Made by a program: the position numbers and the translations under genes. From Eledone cirrhosa (Eukaryota), in the NCBI GenBank assembly GCA_964016885.1, contig OZ024748.1:56854001-56918000 (forward strand): a stretch of DNA of 64,000 nt, given 5' to 3'. Under the pieces are notes generated by a model, which was not told the DNA's origin, ran no database searches, and saw only the letters and a program-made list of their open reading frames with translations. How positions within the stretch are numbered: the stretch's first letter is position 1; the number at the start of each line of letters is the position of its first letter. Of this stretch, positions 1-13,087 are shown in pieces.

Positions 1-222
1 CGTCAGATGGGTTCTTTAAATATATATATATGAGGGAATAAACTCTGTGAGTGAACATCGCTAATGTTCTCCCTCATATCAAGGATTTGAAGACAATTCA
101 TTTTCACCTAACGAGATCAGTGATAATCGATCATGGCTTCACGATCGATCTATCTCTTATTGAAACATATGTCGTGATTAAAATGATTGGAAATTTATAC
201 CTTGCCTTCGGATCTTCATTTT

Positions 223-265
<43 letters not shown>

Positions 266-408
266 ATAATAATAAATATTTAGTAATAATAATAAATTTG
301 AAGACTAAAATCCAAAGAGGGCTCGATAAGTATAAATATATATCAAATATATAAGAAAACTAGGGTGAAAGCAGCGATTCTTTGCTTAAAGTTTAATCTG
401 TTATTTTG

Positions 409-449
<41 letters not shown>

Positions 450-727
450 AGTGTGTGTGTGTGTATACATGTGTGCGCGTATGTGTGTGATGGACTCTCC
501 TGTCGATTCGACGTATGAAGTTTCAACAATCTTTTCATTTGCTTGTTTTATGTTTTATGTTTCTAGCACTTCGATTCAGCTGCTACTTTACACATCAACC
601 CGCATTTGGTTCAGGTAACAGGATCGCGAAAAGGGCAGGCTGAAATACCTGGCAGGACTTAGGTGTTAGATCTTATCTCACAGAGGTAGGCTAATTGAGA
701 TTTCTCAAAGTTCGTTATACCTTCGTG

Positions 728-820
<93 letters not shown>

Positions 821-948
821 AAAGTTTTATTTAAAATTGTTGGGTTACAACAAGTAAATATTTTATAACTGATATAAAGCACTCGACAAGTTTTTGGAGT
901 AGATATACGATATTAAACAAATGGAAACTATATTTATAAAACCATAGT

Positions 949-1014
949 TATTTCATTATACATATTTCAGGGATACCATATTAAAAATATGGCATGTCTT
1001 CGTCAGATAAAATA
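949..1014 (-). ncRNA. Type I hammerhead motif (inverted copy of 1135-1200)
   Basis: Reverse complement reads TATTTTAT CTGACGA AGACATGCC...CCCT GAAA TATGTA TA ATGAAATA, with one extra stem II mismatch. Confidence 0.72.
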
Positions 1015-1134
1015 CAATATATAACCAGTTTTATAAATAATTTTGACGTACCATAAATATAGCGACCATTAAGGTCTTAATGGTCGCTATATTTATGGTA
1101 CGTCAAAATTATTTATAAAACAATTTATATATTG

Positions 1135-1200
1135 TATTTTATCTGACGAAGGCATGCCATATTTTTAATATGGTATCCCTGAAATATGTATAATGAAATA
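1135..1200 (+). ncRNA. Type I hammerhead ribozyme motif
   Basis: Stem I TATTTTAT/ATGAAATA; core CTGACGA; stem II AGG.ATGCCATATT-ttt-AATATGGTAT.CCT; GAAA; self-complementary stem III ATATGTAT; AUA cleavage triplet. Confidence 0.8.
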
Positions 1201-1240
1201 AATATGGTTTTATAAATATAGTTTCCATTTGTTTAATATC

Positions 1241-1302
<62 letters not shown>

Positions 1303-2033
1303 GAATTAGGTTATGTGTTAGTTAATCACCGACACCTCAGTATGCAGGTTAGAACCCTCGACAAAGTACCCAGGTGTGTCAGTTTACTCCGTAGTATATT
1401 TGTAAAATTGAAGTACAAGTCAATAAAAGTCAACAGGTTAACTCCATTTATTCATAATTGCTGCTATATATATATTTCGGTGATAACCGTTATGCAACAG
1501 CTATGACGACATCAGGCAGCTAGAAGTTGAACAGAAAAAAAAACATATAGACAAAATATATCTTACTTCAGTTGTTTAGATTCATTGATATGCTCCGGGC
1601 TTAAATTTGGTGTTGCTTTCTCAAGGCTGCGGTAGCATATCATACCATCAAACGTGAACTAATTGTGTGAAATCTACACCCTTTAAAGAGCCAAAAACTT
1701 ATACCCGACGTACCATGAAATATTTACACTATAATATAAATAAATTAAAGTATGTAATCCAGCCCAATGCAAAAATATCCAAAATATGTTCCCATGCATG
1801 ACAATACCAAAAAATATTCATTATTGACATGGAGGTGACGGATGTCATCAGGCTACAGTCGTCTTATTATTGTGTGTTTTTCTCTGTTTCTTTCTCCCTT
1901 TTTCGCTCTTTTTCGCTCTCTCACCCCTCTTTATATACATATATATATATATGTGTAAAAGAAAAAAATATAAATAACAATACAGTCGGTACAGTATATG
2001 GAAGGAATATATTAGGTCCAAGCTTGAAATAGC

Positions 2034-2082
2034 AGGAAGACGGTCTTACCGTTTCGGACGCTAGTCTTTCATCAGAAGAAAG
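2034..2082 (-). ncRNA. Degenerate hammerhead-like motif
   Basis: CTGATGA-A-AGAC tagc GTCC-GAAA-CGGT aag ACCG-TC. Core, stem II and stem III with GUC are present, but stem I does not pair. Confidence 0.35.
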
Positions 2083-2788
2083 AATAAGAAATAAGATAGG
2101 GGTTGGAATTGGGGAAAATGTCTTTAGATAAAAATAACAGGTCCATTCATGTTGACATCTCTTGTAAAACTACTGGTGTTGGCGTTTTGATCCGTGTACG
2201 CATATAGAAGCGTGTTTGAGAACATGTGTGTATTTCTGTATGGATGTTTATGAATATATTTACGCATATATAAATATATATACATGTATATGTATATTTA
2301 TATGTATGTATGCATGTATACACAAACGCACACACATTTGTGTATGTGTTTATGAGTGTGTATATCTATTTGTGTGTAAATATATATGCATGTATCCATA
2401 AAACCATATTCCAAATTGTGCAAACTGTGTATAATGGTGTGAGTGTTCGAGAGTAAACATTTGTCAAAAATATTTTCCTAAGGTGAAGTCACTATATGAT
2501 ATCGATTCACATGTTTTACAGATGGAAGCAAAGAATACTTAGACTGTATTGTTGTCATACTGATGCTGTATTATTATTATTGTTATTGATACTGATGTTG
2601 ATTTTGTCGTCCTCACATTTTTATTATTTCTCATTTTATTGTTATTGTTGTTGTTATTATTAATATTATTGCTCTTGTTGTAGTTGTTGTTATTTTATTT
2701 TCGTTTTTTCATCATTATCAGCATTGTCATCATCATCTACTACTTATTCTTTCTCACCATATCCACCAGCATCACCACCACCACCACC

Positions 2789-2847
<59 letters not shown>

Positions 2848-2850
2848 CAA

Positions 2851-2883
<33 letters not shown>

Positions 2884-3022
2884 AACATATGATATGTTCT
2901 GTTTTGGTTTAATTCTACAAATTTTAGAGAATCCATTGACGGTCATATTGTGATTAACAGTTTCACCTTCATTTCAGTATGGTCTAATAATGTATATATA
3001 TAAAAAATATATATATATATAT

Positions 3023-3402
<380 letters not shown>

Positions 3403-3984
3403 GACTTTAACGTACGGCTTCGTTTAACTCAACAAGATGTTTCCATAGTTAAGCAGCGAGTTCGAGATAATTCCTATGTAGGTTATACTTGGAGTAATAA
3501 TAGTGAAAGAATGAAGAGTAACATAGTTGGGTGTACAACAAGGGGCTTTAATTCAAGTATTAACAATTGTTTCATTGATCAGGTGAGTCTAGAGGTCGCT
3601 AATCGCTCGAAGTTGCGTCACTCGATTTCCATTACATTATTTACCTCTGACCAACTCATCAGAATACAAAAACAATTCGCTCAAGGCAAGTTATATATAG
3701 AGAAATAGTGTATAATCAAAACAATAATATCAATAATAAAATATATATGATAAATAGGTAGAGAAGTTACATATGTAAAAAATAAAAAGTAAAAGATAAG
3801 AAAAAAGATACAGTAAAAAAAATAAGAAAATGGAAAAATGTAAAGAAATAAGGATGAGTGAGAGCATGGAAGTACAGAATATGGTAGTGGTGGTGAGTAA
3901 GTGTTCGTATAAGGATTATGTGGTGGGTTTAGTGCTAACATGAAAAGTCATATTCGGAACATACATAGATACGTGTAGAGAGCC

Positions 3985-4161
3985 TGTGCTGTTTTTTCAG
4001 TACGTCCTCATCAGATAAAATACATAAATTGATGTACGACATACCTTAACTGTCTTGATCATTTCAGTCTTGGCAGTAATTAAACCACCAAGACAGTTGA
4101 GGTATGTCGTACATCAATTTATGTATTTTATTTGATGAGGACATACTGAAAAAACAGCACA
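3985..4161. repeat. Fold-back inverted repeat (about 73-bp arms, about 31-bp spacer) overlapping a hammerhead motif
   Basis: 3985-4057 versus 4089-4161 reverse complement, about 3 mismatches. Confidence 0.92.
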
Positions 4162-4190
4162 ATACCTCCGAAATATATATAATAAAACAT
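4121..4190 (+). ncRNA. Type I hammerhead motif with C3>U change
   Basis: ATGTATTTTAT-TTGATGA-GGA...TCC-GAAA-TATATA-TA-ATAAAACAT. The inverted partial copy at 4008-4014 (- strand) keeps canonical CTGATGA. Confidence 0.65.
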
Positions 4191-4368
4191 ATATTTTGAT
4201 TATGTGAATGTATCCATTTATTAATATTTTGAATAATATTAATAACTCCAGAAAACTTTACTGTTGAGTGCTTTGAATCTATTGTAAAACTATATTCATT
4301 GAGTAATCAATGAACCTTATTAACATTTGGTTTATATATATATATATATAACATATGCACATTTACAT

Positions 4369-4426
<58 letters not shown>

Positions 4427-4654
4427 CTACATATACATATGTGTGGGTATGTGTGACCATGTTTAAGTATATCCGGGTACAAATGTTGCGACGATTTACC
4501 AAGATAAAAAATTGAATTCGTTGTTGTTCCAGTTCCCTGAAATATAACAGCATTTAATACATTATATATCTCACGGATATTATTATTTACATATAAATAT
4601 ATACATATATAATCGCGTGTGTGTGTGTGTATAACCGAAAAATAATGTATACCT

Positions 4655-5260
4655 AATCCGAAGATTAAACCTAAGGATCTCCCTATTGTTGTTAGTAAAC
4701 CAACTTCGAAACCTGATACTAACTCGACATAACCATAACACTAATGTTAACACAAAAACTAACCATAATCCACTGACTAATCATTAGTATACCAATAACC
4801 ACACCCTTAACCGAAACCCTACATTCTAACACCCAAAGCTTATTTTAAAATCTCACAATAAGAATAAGAACAAGGCTAATCCTAAGTCTGTCCCCAACCC
4901 ACAAGCCAATCATAATCTTAAACTCTAATCTAAACTTAACATGCTAAATGTAACTCTACTCCAAAATCTAACTCTAACCCAAACAATAATTATAATACTA
5001 GCCTTAAGACTAAAGCTAACTCCTAAACCGTAACTAATGACCATCAACCTAACGATGACCATAACGATAGCCTTCGATCTAAGTTTAACTCTAACATTAA
5101 CCTTAACCCATACACTAGACCTAGCCTAAAACCTAAAGCTAACCCCAAATTTAACTCTCACACTAAAACTAAACCTAACCCTAAAATTAGTCCTTAAACT
5201 AACCATAAACATAACCGTTAGTCTAAATATAAACTTCACCCTAAACATAAACATACACTT
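4655..5260. repeat. Degenerate hexameric (CTAACC-like) telomere-like repeat tract
   Basis: About 6-bp periodicity of YTAA with C-rich spacers, e.g. CTAAACCTAACCCTAAAA at about 5169-5186 and AACCCTA at about 4815. Confidence 0.6.
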
Positions 5261-5532
5261 AGACGTGTGTGTGTGTGCGTGTGTGCGCGTGCGTGTGAGT
5301 GTGTATGTGTGTGCGTGCGTGTGTGTATGTGTGCGTGTGATCGAAAGTGTGTTCGAATGTGTGTATATATGTATCATCGTTATTTACATATATATATATA
5401 AGATACATTTTTTAGAATGTAATATGACCTGATTTTTATGTACAAAATTATGTTTCGAAAATATTTCAAGAATGATATTGATATACAAATTCAAACAATG
5501 TATGAATACGCCAATACATACATACCCGCCCC

Positions 5533-5568
<36 letters not shown>

Positions 5569-5599
5569 TGGGTATGTAAATTAAAAAGAAGTATGTCTT

Positions 5600-5830
5600 T
5601 ATATAAATATTGGGAGTAACCGAGCTTTTTGAAATTCAATGGAAGATTCTTGAAATCAAGAACAAAGCCAGGTCTTCAACTTCTCTGTCATTGCCATGAA
5701 ACATCTTGCATCTACACCCATCCTTCACCACTGATATAAATATATTCCCCATTGCCTTTATAATTCTTATTTCTGCCAGGGGGTCTAGTTTAAATTTTCA
5801 ACTTCTATTGTCAAATACAAGGGTCGATAT
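5600..5830 (+). pseudogene. Possible decayed GIY-YIG endonuclease C-terminus of a Penelope-like (Neptune-type) element
   Basis: Translation ..GVTELFEIQWKILEIKNKARSSTSLSLP*NILHLHPSF..IISARGSSLNFQ resembles the PLE pattern YxGxT..FKxR..STxLS..WxI....LN. Interrupted, and judged by eye only. Confidence 0.35.
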
Positions 5831-6242
5831 AATTGAGTATATCCCTCCATTAACATATGTTGCTTTATTTATAATTGAATTATTTTTTTGTTAATTTTCA
5901 TTCCGGTTTTTATGAACGAATCTCATCGCTGGTTACATATTTCCAAAGGCAAATCTGCCGAGTCGGTATAATGGCGAAAGTATAAAAAGATACTATCTGT
6001 AACACTGACATTACTAATATGAAAATTATTTTTCTGTTCAATTACAACGGTTTCCCACATTCATTGTTAAATCTAACATCCTTTTCTCGTGCATAGTTAT
6101 CCCTGGATGTTATATATGTATGTTATACATATATATATGCGTATACAAAAATAAACGCACACGAAGATATACAAACAGTGACACATTCGCATGAAAATAT
6201 ACATAGAAACGTGCACACTAATATATATATATATATATATAT

Positions 6243-6535
6243 ATATAAAGAAAAAAAGATGAAATCGAAAATGCAACTGGAGTCTTATTTAAAAAAAATA
6301 TATATATATTTATTTGGTTCCTTTAACGGTTTCGCAGTTCTTCTGCTTTTCAAAAGTAGAGTTGAGATGGAGGGTCTGTGGTTTTTCTCACATCTGATTG
6401 GTCTCTGAATGTTACTTGTTTTATATGGAAAAAGTGGCTCGAAATGCCAGGTTTTTCGATTTCATCATCTTTTCTTTATACTTTCACTCGTGTAGGACAC
6501 CTCGGTTATTTTTCATTTTGTAAAAAAAACCTCAC

Positions 6536-6545
<10 letters not shown>
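6243..6545. mobile_element. (TA)n-flanked dispersed element with internal inverted repeat; same family as 54770-55130
   Basis: ATAAAGAAAAAAAGATGAAATCGAAAA is inverted at about 6453-6480. Shares TGCAACTGGAGTCTTATT, CTTTCACTCGTGTAGG and CCTCACTTTCTAAT with 54770-55130. Confidence 0.75.
6318..6360 (-). ncRNA. Candidate variant hammerhead with U3-A8 core
   Basis: CTT-TTGAAAA-GCAG aagaa CTGC-GAAA-CCGT-TA-AAG. Stem I is only about 3 bp and stem III is imperfect. Confidence 0.4.
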
Positions 6546-6613
<68 letters not shown>

Positions 6614-7046
6614 GCGTGATGCTTGATCTGTGAAATCTTACATGCATTTATTCAACTCTTAGCCTCATTGTTTGTTTCCAGGGATTATGTTGAAAAATAC
6701 ACCTCATTTGGTCATTTCATGTGTGTTGGTAATTCTATGAAATCGGAGGAATATATATATATATATATATATAAAATCAAGGTCTAGCAAATATAGAAAA
6801 AGTTTTAAAATAATTTTTTTTAAATTCGCTGTACTCACTATATGTGCCTTTACCGCGGTTTCAAGTTCCAGAATAAACGGATAATCCAAGCGGACCTCAT
6901 TGAGAAGGGAACCATCTTCAGAAGGCTCCTCGGAAAATTCCCGAGTTCAAATCACAAACTGACGCCAAACAAAATCATTCCCAGATGAGAGTGGATGATA
7001 GAAGAAATAATTCTGCCTGGTGCCGTGTGCAAAGACAAAAGGCAGG

Positions 7047-7113
<67 letters not shown>

Positions 7114-7165
7114 GAGCTTCTACAGGACTAGAACTGTTTCATTCGTGAGAAATCATCAGGAAGTC
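7114..7165 (-). ncRNA. Type I hammerhead ribozyme motif
   Basis: GACTTC-CTGATGA-TTTC tcac GAAT-GAAA-CAG ttctagtc CTG-TA-GAAGCTC; GUA triplet. Lies in a 135-bp island between two (TA)n tracts. Confidence 0.72.
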
Positions 7166-7242
7166 TATATTAAAACTGTTATACTCTGATATGTATTGAG
7201 TACCTTATTTAATGTGGTTACCTCCGATTCAATCTGGAATAA

Positions 7243-7313
<71 letters not shown>

Positions 7314-8722
7314 GTCTGAAGTTCACGGTGGTATAAATGACGTCTAGCACATTTTCCATCTTCGGAATTATATAGACATTGGTCAACCTGGGGATAGGAC
7401 AGTTGAAAATTGCTCTTGGCTCTGCACATGGGGATTGAATCCGAAACCTCGTTGATGGGAATGAGAATCTCATAACCTACACCCAAACATTGTTGCTACG
7501 TTAGAGATCAATATAAATATTATTACGTTTATAATTTCCCAACGTAATCTTCATCATCGTTTGTCGCACATGTCATCGTGATCATCATCATCAACATCTT
7601 ATTGATAATATCATCGCAATGTGACATACCCCTCCTTTATTATCATCAACACAGATGTTATTTTCTGTATAAAAATGACGATGGCGGTGATCATCATTAT
7701 TATCACCAACGTCATCATCACCATTAACGTTGACAATATGTATATATTTATGACGTTATAGTATGTCATTATAATCACACTAAAGATTATTTCATTAGAA
7801 GCTCCCTATTCTTCCACTATTTTTTATCATTCTCATCATAATCATCATCATCATCACCATCATCACAATCATTATCATCATCTTCATTATGTTCACCATC
7901 AACATCATCATCATCATCATCACACCACTAGCAACATCATCAAGAACCTCACCCTCAAACCCATCAAGAGAAACCGTCACTAATTTCAATTTAAATATAT
8001 ATTATTTAAAATGTAAAAAAAAAAATCATTTCCAGCTGCAAATAAACTCCAGAAAATCATATTCAAATAAATATGAAACTAATAAAGAAAAAAGAAAAAA
8101 TGACAATGCGTCTCTACTGATTTTTTTTTTTTTTTTTTCAAATCAATATTTTTTTTTATTTTAAAAGTCGATAATTTTGCAGTTGTCAATATTGTTCCCA
8201 ATTCTGTAAACATTCTCGCAGAATTATATTTTCATTTTCTTGTTTTCATTACCGATTGCGTATTATTATCATTTTTTCACTCCACGTTTTTGGAGGGCGT
8301 TTTATTGATGAAAGTTATGGTTGTAGTATTGTTAGGCATTTTCTTGGTGTTGTGTTTGTTGTTGCTATTATGCTTCTTGTATTATTTTCATTGTTGTTTT
8401 TGATTTTGTTGTTGATGGTGATGTTGATGATGTCGTTGCTGTTGTACTTTTACTCGGAATATAATATTTCTTTAATTCGAAATATTCGTATAAAATAATC
8501 GAAATTAATTCTTACCCCTCAAAGAGTATTTCCACTTGATTAAAAATCTTTCACTAACCCACAATCTGTACCATCTTTTATTTCTATTAATATCATGGAA
8601 TTCATTATTTTCAAGAGAGAGAGAGAGAGATGGGAGAAAGAGAAAGCAGACAGAGGTAGGGAGAGAGTGAGAGAGAGAGAAGTAATGAGAGAGTGAGAGA
8701 GAGAGAGGTAATGAGAGAGTGA

Positions 8723-8757
<35 letters not shown>

Positions 8758-9266
8758 GAAGGAAGCGAAAGGGAAAGAGATAACGGTGATGTCTCTAAAA
8801 AAAATTGTCTCCGATTGGATACACCAGAGCGTACTTGATAACCAAGTATATAGGCTACTGAATTACAAGCAGCATTTTTTTTTTAAATTCATTTTATTGG
8901 GGAGATTTATAATCAGCCTCATTACATTCTTTCCATGAACGCTCATAACTTAATATATAGTGTATTCTGCTTACCATTGTCATGTCCTGAATTTTATTCT
9001 TGGTGGCGCATCGAGTCCTAGAGTTAGACACTTTATTTTATGTAGCTTTAATCTACTCAGCTGGGAAAAGTCAGTTGTATTTCAAAGGGTCAATGTAGTC
9101 GTATATTGTAATAAGCTGAGTCTCTGAGAACTATGTTACATGTACACTTGTCTGTTCAATGGTCAGCTTTCATTAATTTCACATACTGGTAGTTCCGTTC
9201 ATCAAAACATTGGAACACTCATATCGACGGATATCCAACAACACAATCCTCCATATGGTCTATATA

Positions 9267-9457
9267 TAATTGATTCTAATTTTGGCACAAGGCCAGCAAT
9301 TACCCCAGTGCATTACTGGTGCTTTATTTTATCGATTCCGAAAGGATGAAAGGCAAAGTTAACCTCGGCGGGATTTGAACTCAGACTGTAAAGGGTCGTA
9401 ACTCTATGCAGCAAAGCATGGTGTTCGACCCTCTACCGATACTGCCAATCCACCGCC
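9267..9457 (-). mobile_element. tRNA-derived SINE, family A (Meta-domain-like centre), full length
   Basis: Minus strand: A box TGGCAGTATCGG, B box GAGTTCAAATCC, centre GCCTTTCATCCTTTCGGAATCGATAAAATAAAGCACCAG, tail GGCCTTGTGCC. Flanked by GTCTATATA(T/C)AATT (possible TSD). Confidence 0.9.
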
Positions 9458-10399
9458 TAGTCTATATACAATTAACAATCTGAACCTCTCCAATCTCTTA
9501 GCATATATTTCACCGAAATGTAGTCATAAGAACAAATGTTCGTTTATTTTCCCATTTGGTCTGAAAGACTAGAACCACATGTTACTACCTTCCGATATTT
9601 TTTAGAGATTTCGATCAATTCTTATTATTATAATTACTTCCCTTCTTTTTATAGTTATATTTTAGTTATTCTTAAAGGCAGTATTATCGTCCTTACTGAT
9701 TGTATATATTGCATTGTTTGGTTTTTAACTCCGTATACATATACAGTATATGTTTGTATTACTCCAGTGTCAGTATTTTTCCAACTGAGAGCGTTATTAT
9801 GTAGCATTTGTGGATTTACTTCTTATTGATCTCCATGTTTTAGTCACCCTTAGAGGAAATGTTAACATAATAGTAGCATTTATAACTTAAGTTGATTGAA
9901 ATAATGATATTGTTTAACTGAGATATTTTTATTTCAGCAGAGAATACTCAAATGAGATTAAATAATTTATAATTTTGATAATTTGACAATTGGCTATCTA
10001 GTCGAAACTGGATTAATTAAGATTCCTGTAACTCTATAGAAAAACATGTTCTGCGTCACTTTATACAAATAGTAATTACAATACAGAAATTATATTTGAC
10101 TATTTATTTCGGCCTGAAATCTAAGTCGATGTGACCCTCCTAATTTACAACAGAAAATCACTAACAGAACGATACTTTTTAGAAAGTAAGCCTAATAATC
10201 AAGCAGAAAAAGTTGCCAATATTTTCCCTTCTATCATAGAAATTACAAGTAAGGTGAAATATCTGAATTGTACAGGATTACATATAATTACTTTGAATAT
10301 TTTAGTTTTTAATCTTTACAGAATTTTAGAGTTATTGATACGACAACACATTTTCAGAAATGTATATCAATGAGCTTATTAGTCTGTCTCAAGCCCGGA

Positions 10400-10660
10400 A
10401 GCTAATGAGACCGGTGGTTATCCAGGTTTCAGTTGCGTGAAGCGACTGAGAGTATTAGGCTCCCACCTGGTCAGTACACCTCTCCATCTCATGGCTAAAC
10501 CATCAGCTATTACTGAAACTCATTTTAAGCTGAATATACTAGATCAACGTGAAATAAAATGGCTTGCTCAAGGACGCAACACCCAACTCAGGACAGGAAT
10601 CGAACCCACGAGATTATGATCGTAAATCCAACACCCTTAACAGGAGGCCACACGCCTTCA
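10400..10660 (-). mobile_element. tRNA-derived CORE-like SINE, family B
   Basis: Minus strand TGAAGGCGTGTGGCC..GGGTTCGATTCCT..GTCCTTGAGCAAGCCATTTTATTTCACGTTG; homologous to 47618-47763. Confidence 0.8.
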
Positions 10661-11143
10661 CTAATTAGTTCGTTATATTTGGCTTGTATAAGAAATGTCT
10701 TTATCAATATTAACTTATATATTATGCGAGTGTTTTTCCTCTGAAACAAATTTCACCGTTTCTGGATAACGAATTAAGCATATTTTATGTCACTTAAAAT
10801 TACTCACTAAAATGCTCGGTTAATGCAGAGAGAAAAGACTCCAAATTATTCTATTCTACAATTTACCTGGAATAAGCATTCATGCTATAAATAAGTAAAG
10901 TGTTCATTCTTTCATTTAGCGGGAATGAAAAATACAATTCTATTCCAACTATTCTGTTGTGTAATTCGTGAGTTGATAGATATATATATATTCTATTTTT
11001 CTAATAACAATAAATTAGAGACCAAAATCCGATTGCATTAAATAAGAGATCTGGAATAACTAGCTATTCACACTAAAGAGAAAAACTGAACATGTATAGA
11101 AATATGATTTGTAATTGGGGCAACATAATTCAAAGTAATATAT

Positions 11144-11224
<81 letters not shown>

Positions 11225-12157
11225 TGTATCTATCTATCTATCTATCTATCTATCTAACTATCTCTCTCTATATATATATGTGCGCGCGCGCGCGTGTGTG
11301 TGTGTGTGTCTGTATTCGCTGTACTCAAATCGATCATTATTTTCTTAAGTTTTCATTGCAATTCGATTTTAATGTTGCTCAGAACAATATTATTTCGCAT
11401 CGTGTCAGTGAACAATAATACAAATAAATTCTTCTGATCAATGAGAGAAAAACTGGGAGGTGCGTATTAAAGAATTTGTATTTTCTTGCTATTTCTGAGT
11501 ATTTTGGTTTGTTTTAATTTATTTTATTTTCCCTTTTATTTTCAGAGGGTTTTCATTTTCCCTCGTGTGTTTGTTCAATTATTCTTCCTTCGTAGCTATG
11601 GAAAAATTATTGGGGTAAAACAATTTTGTAGATGGGAATAAATAAATGTATAAATAAATAATAACATTGGATAAAAATTGGCAGTAAGAAATGATTGGTT
11701 TATAAATCTCACAAAGTTGCTTGATATAACAATTAATTTTTCAGTATAATTTATTCCATATATTATATTTCATAGATATCATATTATACATAAATATATT
11801 TTGTTTTTAATTTACAATCTGATCATAACTTTCTATAATCTAAAAATATTGCATCATTTTATAGTTATTTACGATTTAATTTTGAAATATATTTTAGTTA
11901 TTTGTGCTGGAGAACATAGCATTGTTATTATTAACATTATCGTAATAATAATTGTTATTATCAATTTTCATTATAATTATTAATATTAAAGTTGAAGCTG
12001 CAGATATATATTTAATATTGTAATAATTATAATATCAGCAATGTTCAATAGCTTAGCCCCCCCCCCCCTGTTTATCTTATTAATAATAACATCTTGTTCG
12101 ATAACGCTATAAAAAATTGCGTGTTTAGCATAGCACTGGTGTTTGTTAGTATATATC

Positions 12158-12210
<53 letters not shown>

Positions 12211-12215
12211 ATATA

Positions 12216-12267
<52 letters not shown>

Positions 12268-12792
12268 CATATATATTCTCACAAGCCTCAATGCTATGCT
12301 AATATATATATATATATACACACATATATATATATGTGTGTGTATGTGAGTGTTACATATATATATGAGTGCTTGTGTGTGAATGGGTGAGTATGTTTGT
12401 GTGTGTGTGTGTGTTTGTGTGTGCGTGTGTGTGTGTGTTTGTATATATATGTGTGTGTGTGTGTGAGAGTTGGAGAAAGATAGTATGCGTATGTGAGTGT
12501 AGCCTGATGGTTTTTAAAAAAAACACATATTAGATGCCATAGACCTCCAGGACATATTGCAGTGTATAATGTAATTTAATCAGAAAATATATATATATTG
12601 ACCGACGTGCAACATAAATTTATTTTGATTAAATTTTGCACACACACATACATCCACACAAACACACACACAAACCCACCAACACACAGACAAACACACA
12701 CACACACGCATGCACACACACACATATATATATATTTATACATGTGCATGTATATATGTTTGTATATACATGCATATACATGCATACATATA

Positions 12793-12832
<40 letters not shown>

Positions 12833-12833
12833 C

Positions 12834-12881
<48 letters not shown>

Positions 12882-12897
12882 GTGTATATATATGTAT

Positions 12898-12963
<66 letters not shown>

Positions 12964-13044
12964 ATACACACAACACACACACAGAAACAAAATGGCGTAG
13001 GACAGAACAAAGGAGAGACACAGAAACAAAGAAAGGAATCCCCA

Positions 13045-13087
13045 GTCACTGAAGAGGTCACAGAGTGTGTGACGAAAGAACTATGAC
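13045..13087 (+). ncRNA. Minimal type I hammerhead candidate with 1-nt insertion after A9
   Basis: GTCA-CTGAAGA-G-GTCACA gagtg TGTGAC-GAAA-GAAC-TA-TGAC. Perfect 4-bp stem I, 6-bp stem II, 2-bp stem III, CUA triplet. Confidence 0.55.

Larger units (their letters stand above)
903..1246. repeat. Near-perfect 344-bp palindrome (about 171-bp arms, 2-nt loop at 1074-1075) with a hammerhead in each arm
   Basis: Arms are reverse complements with paired positions summing to 2149 and a few mismatches. Centre GACCATTAAG-GT-CTTAATGGTC. Right end abuts (TA)n. Confidence 0.95.
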
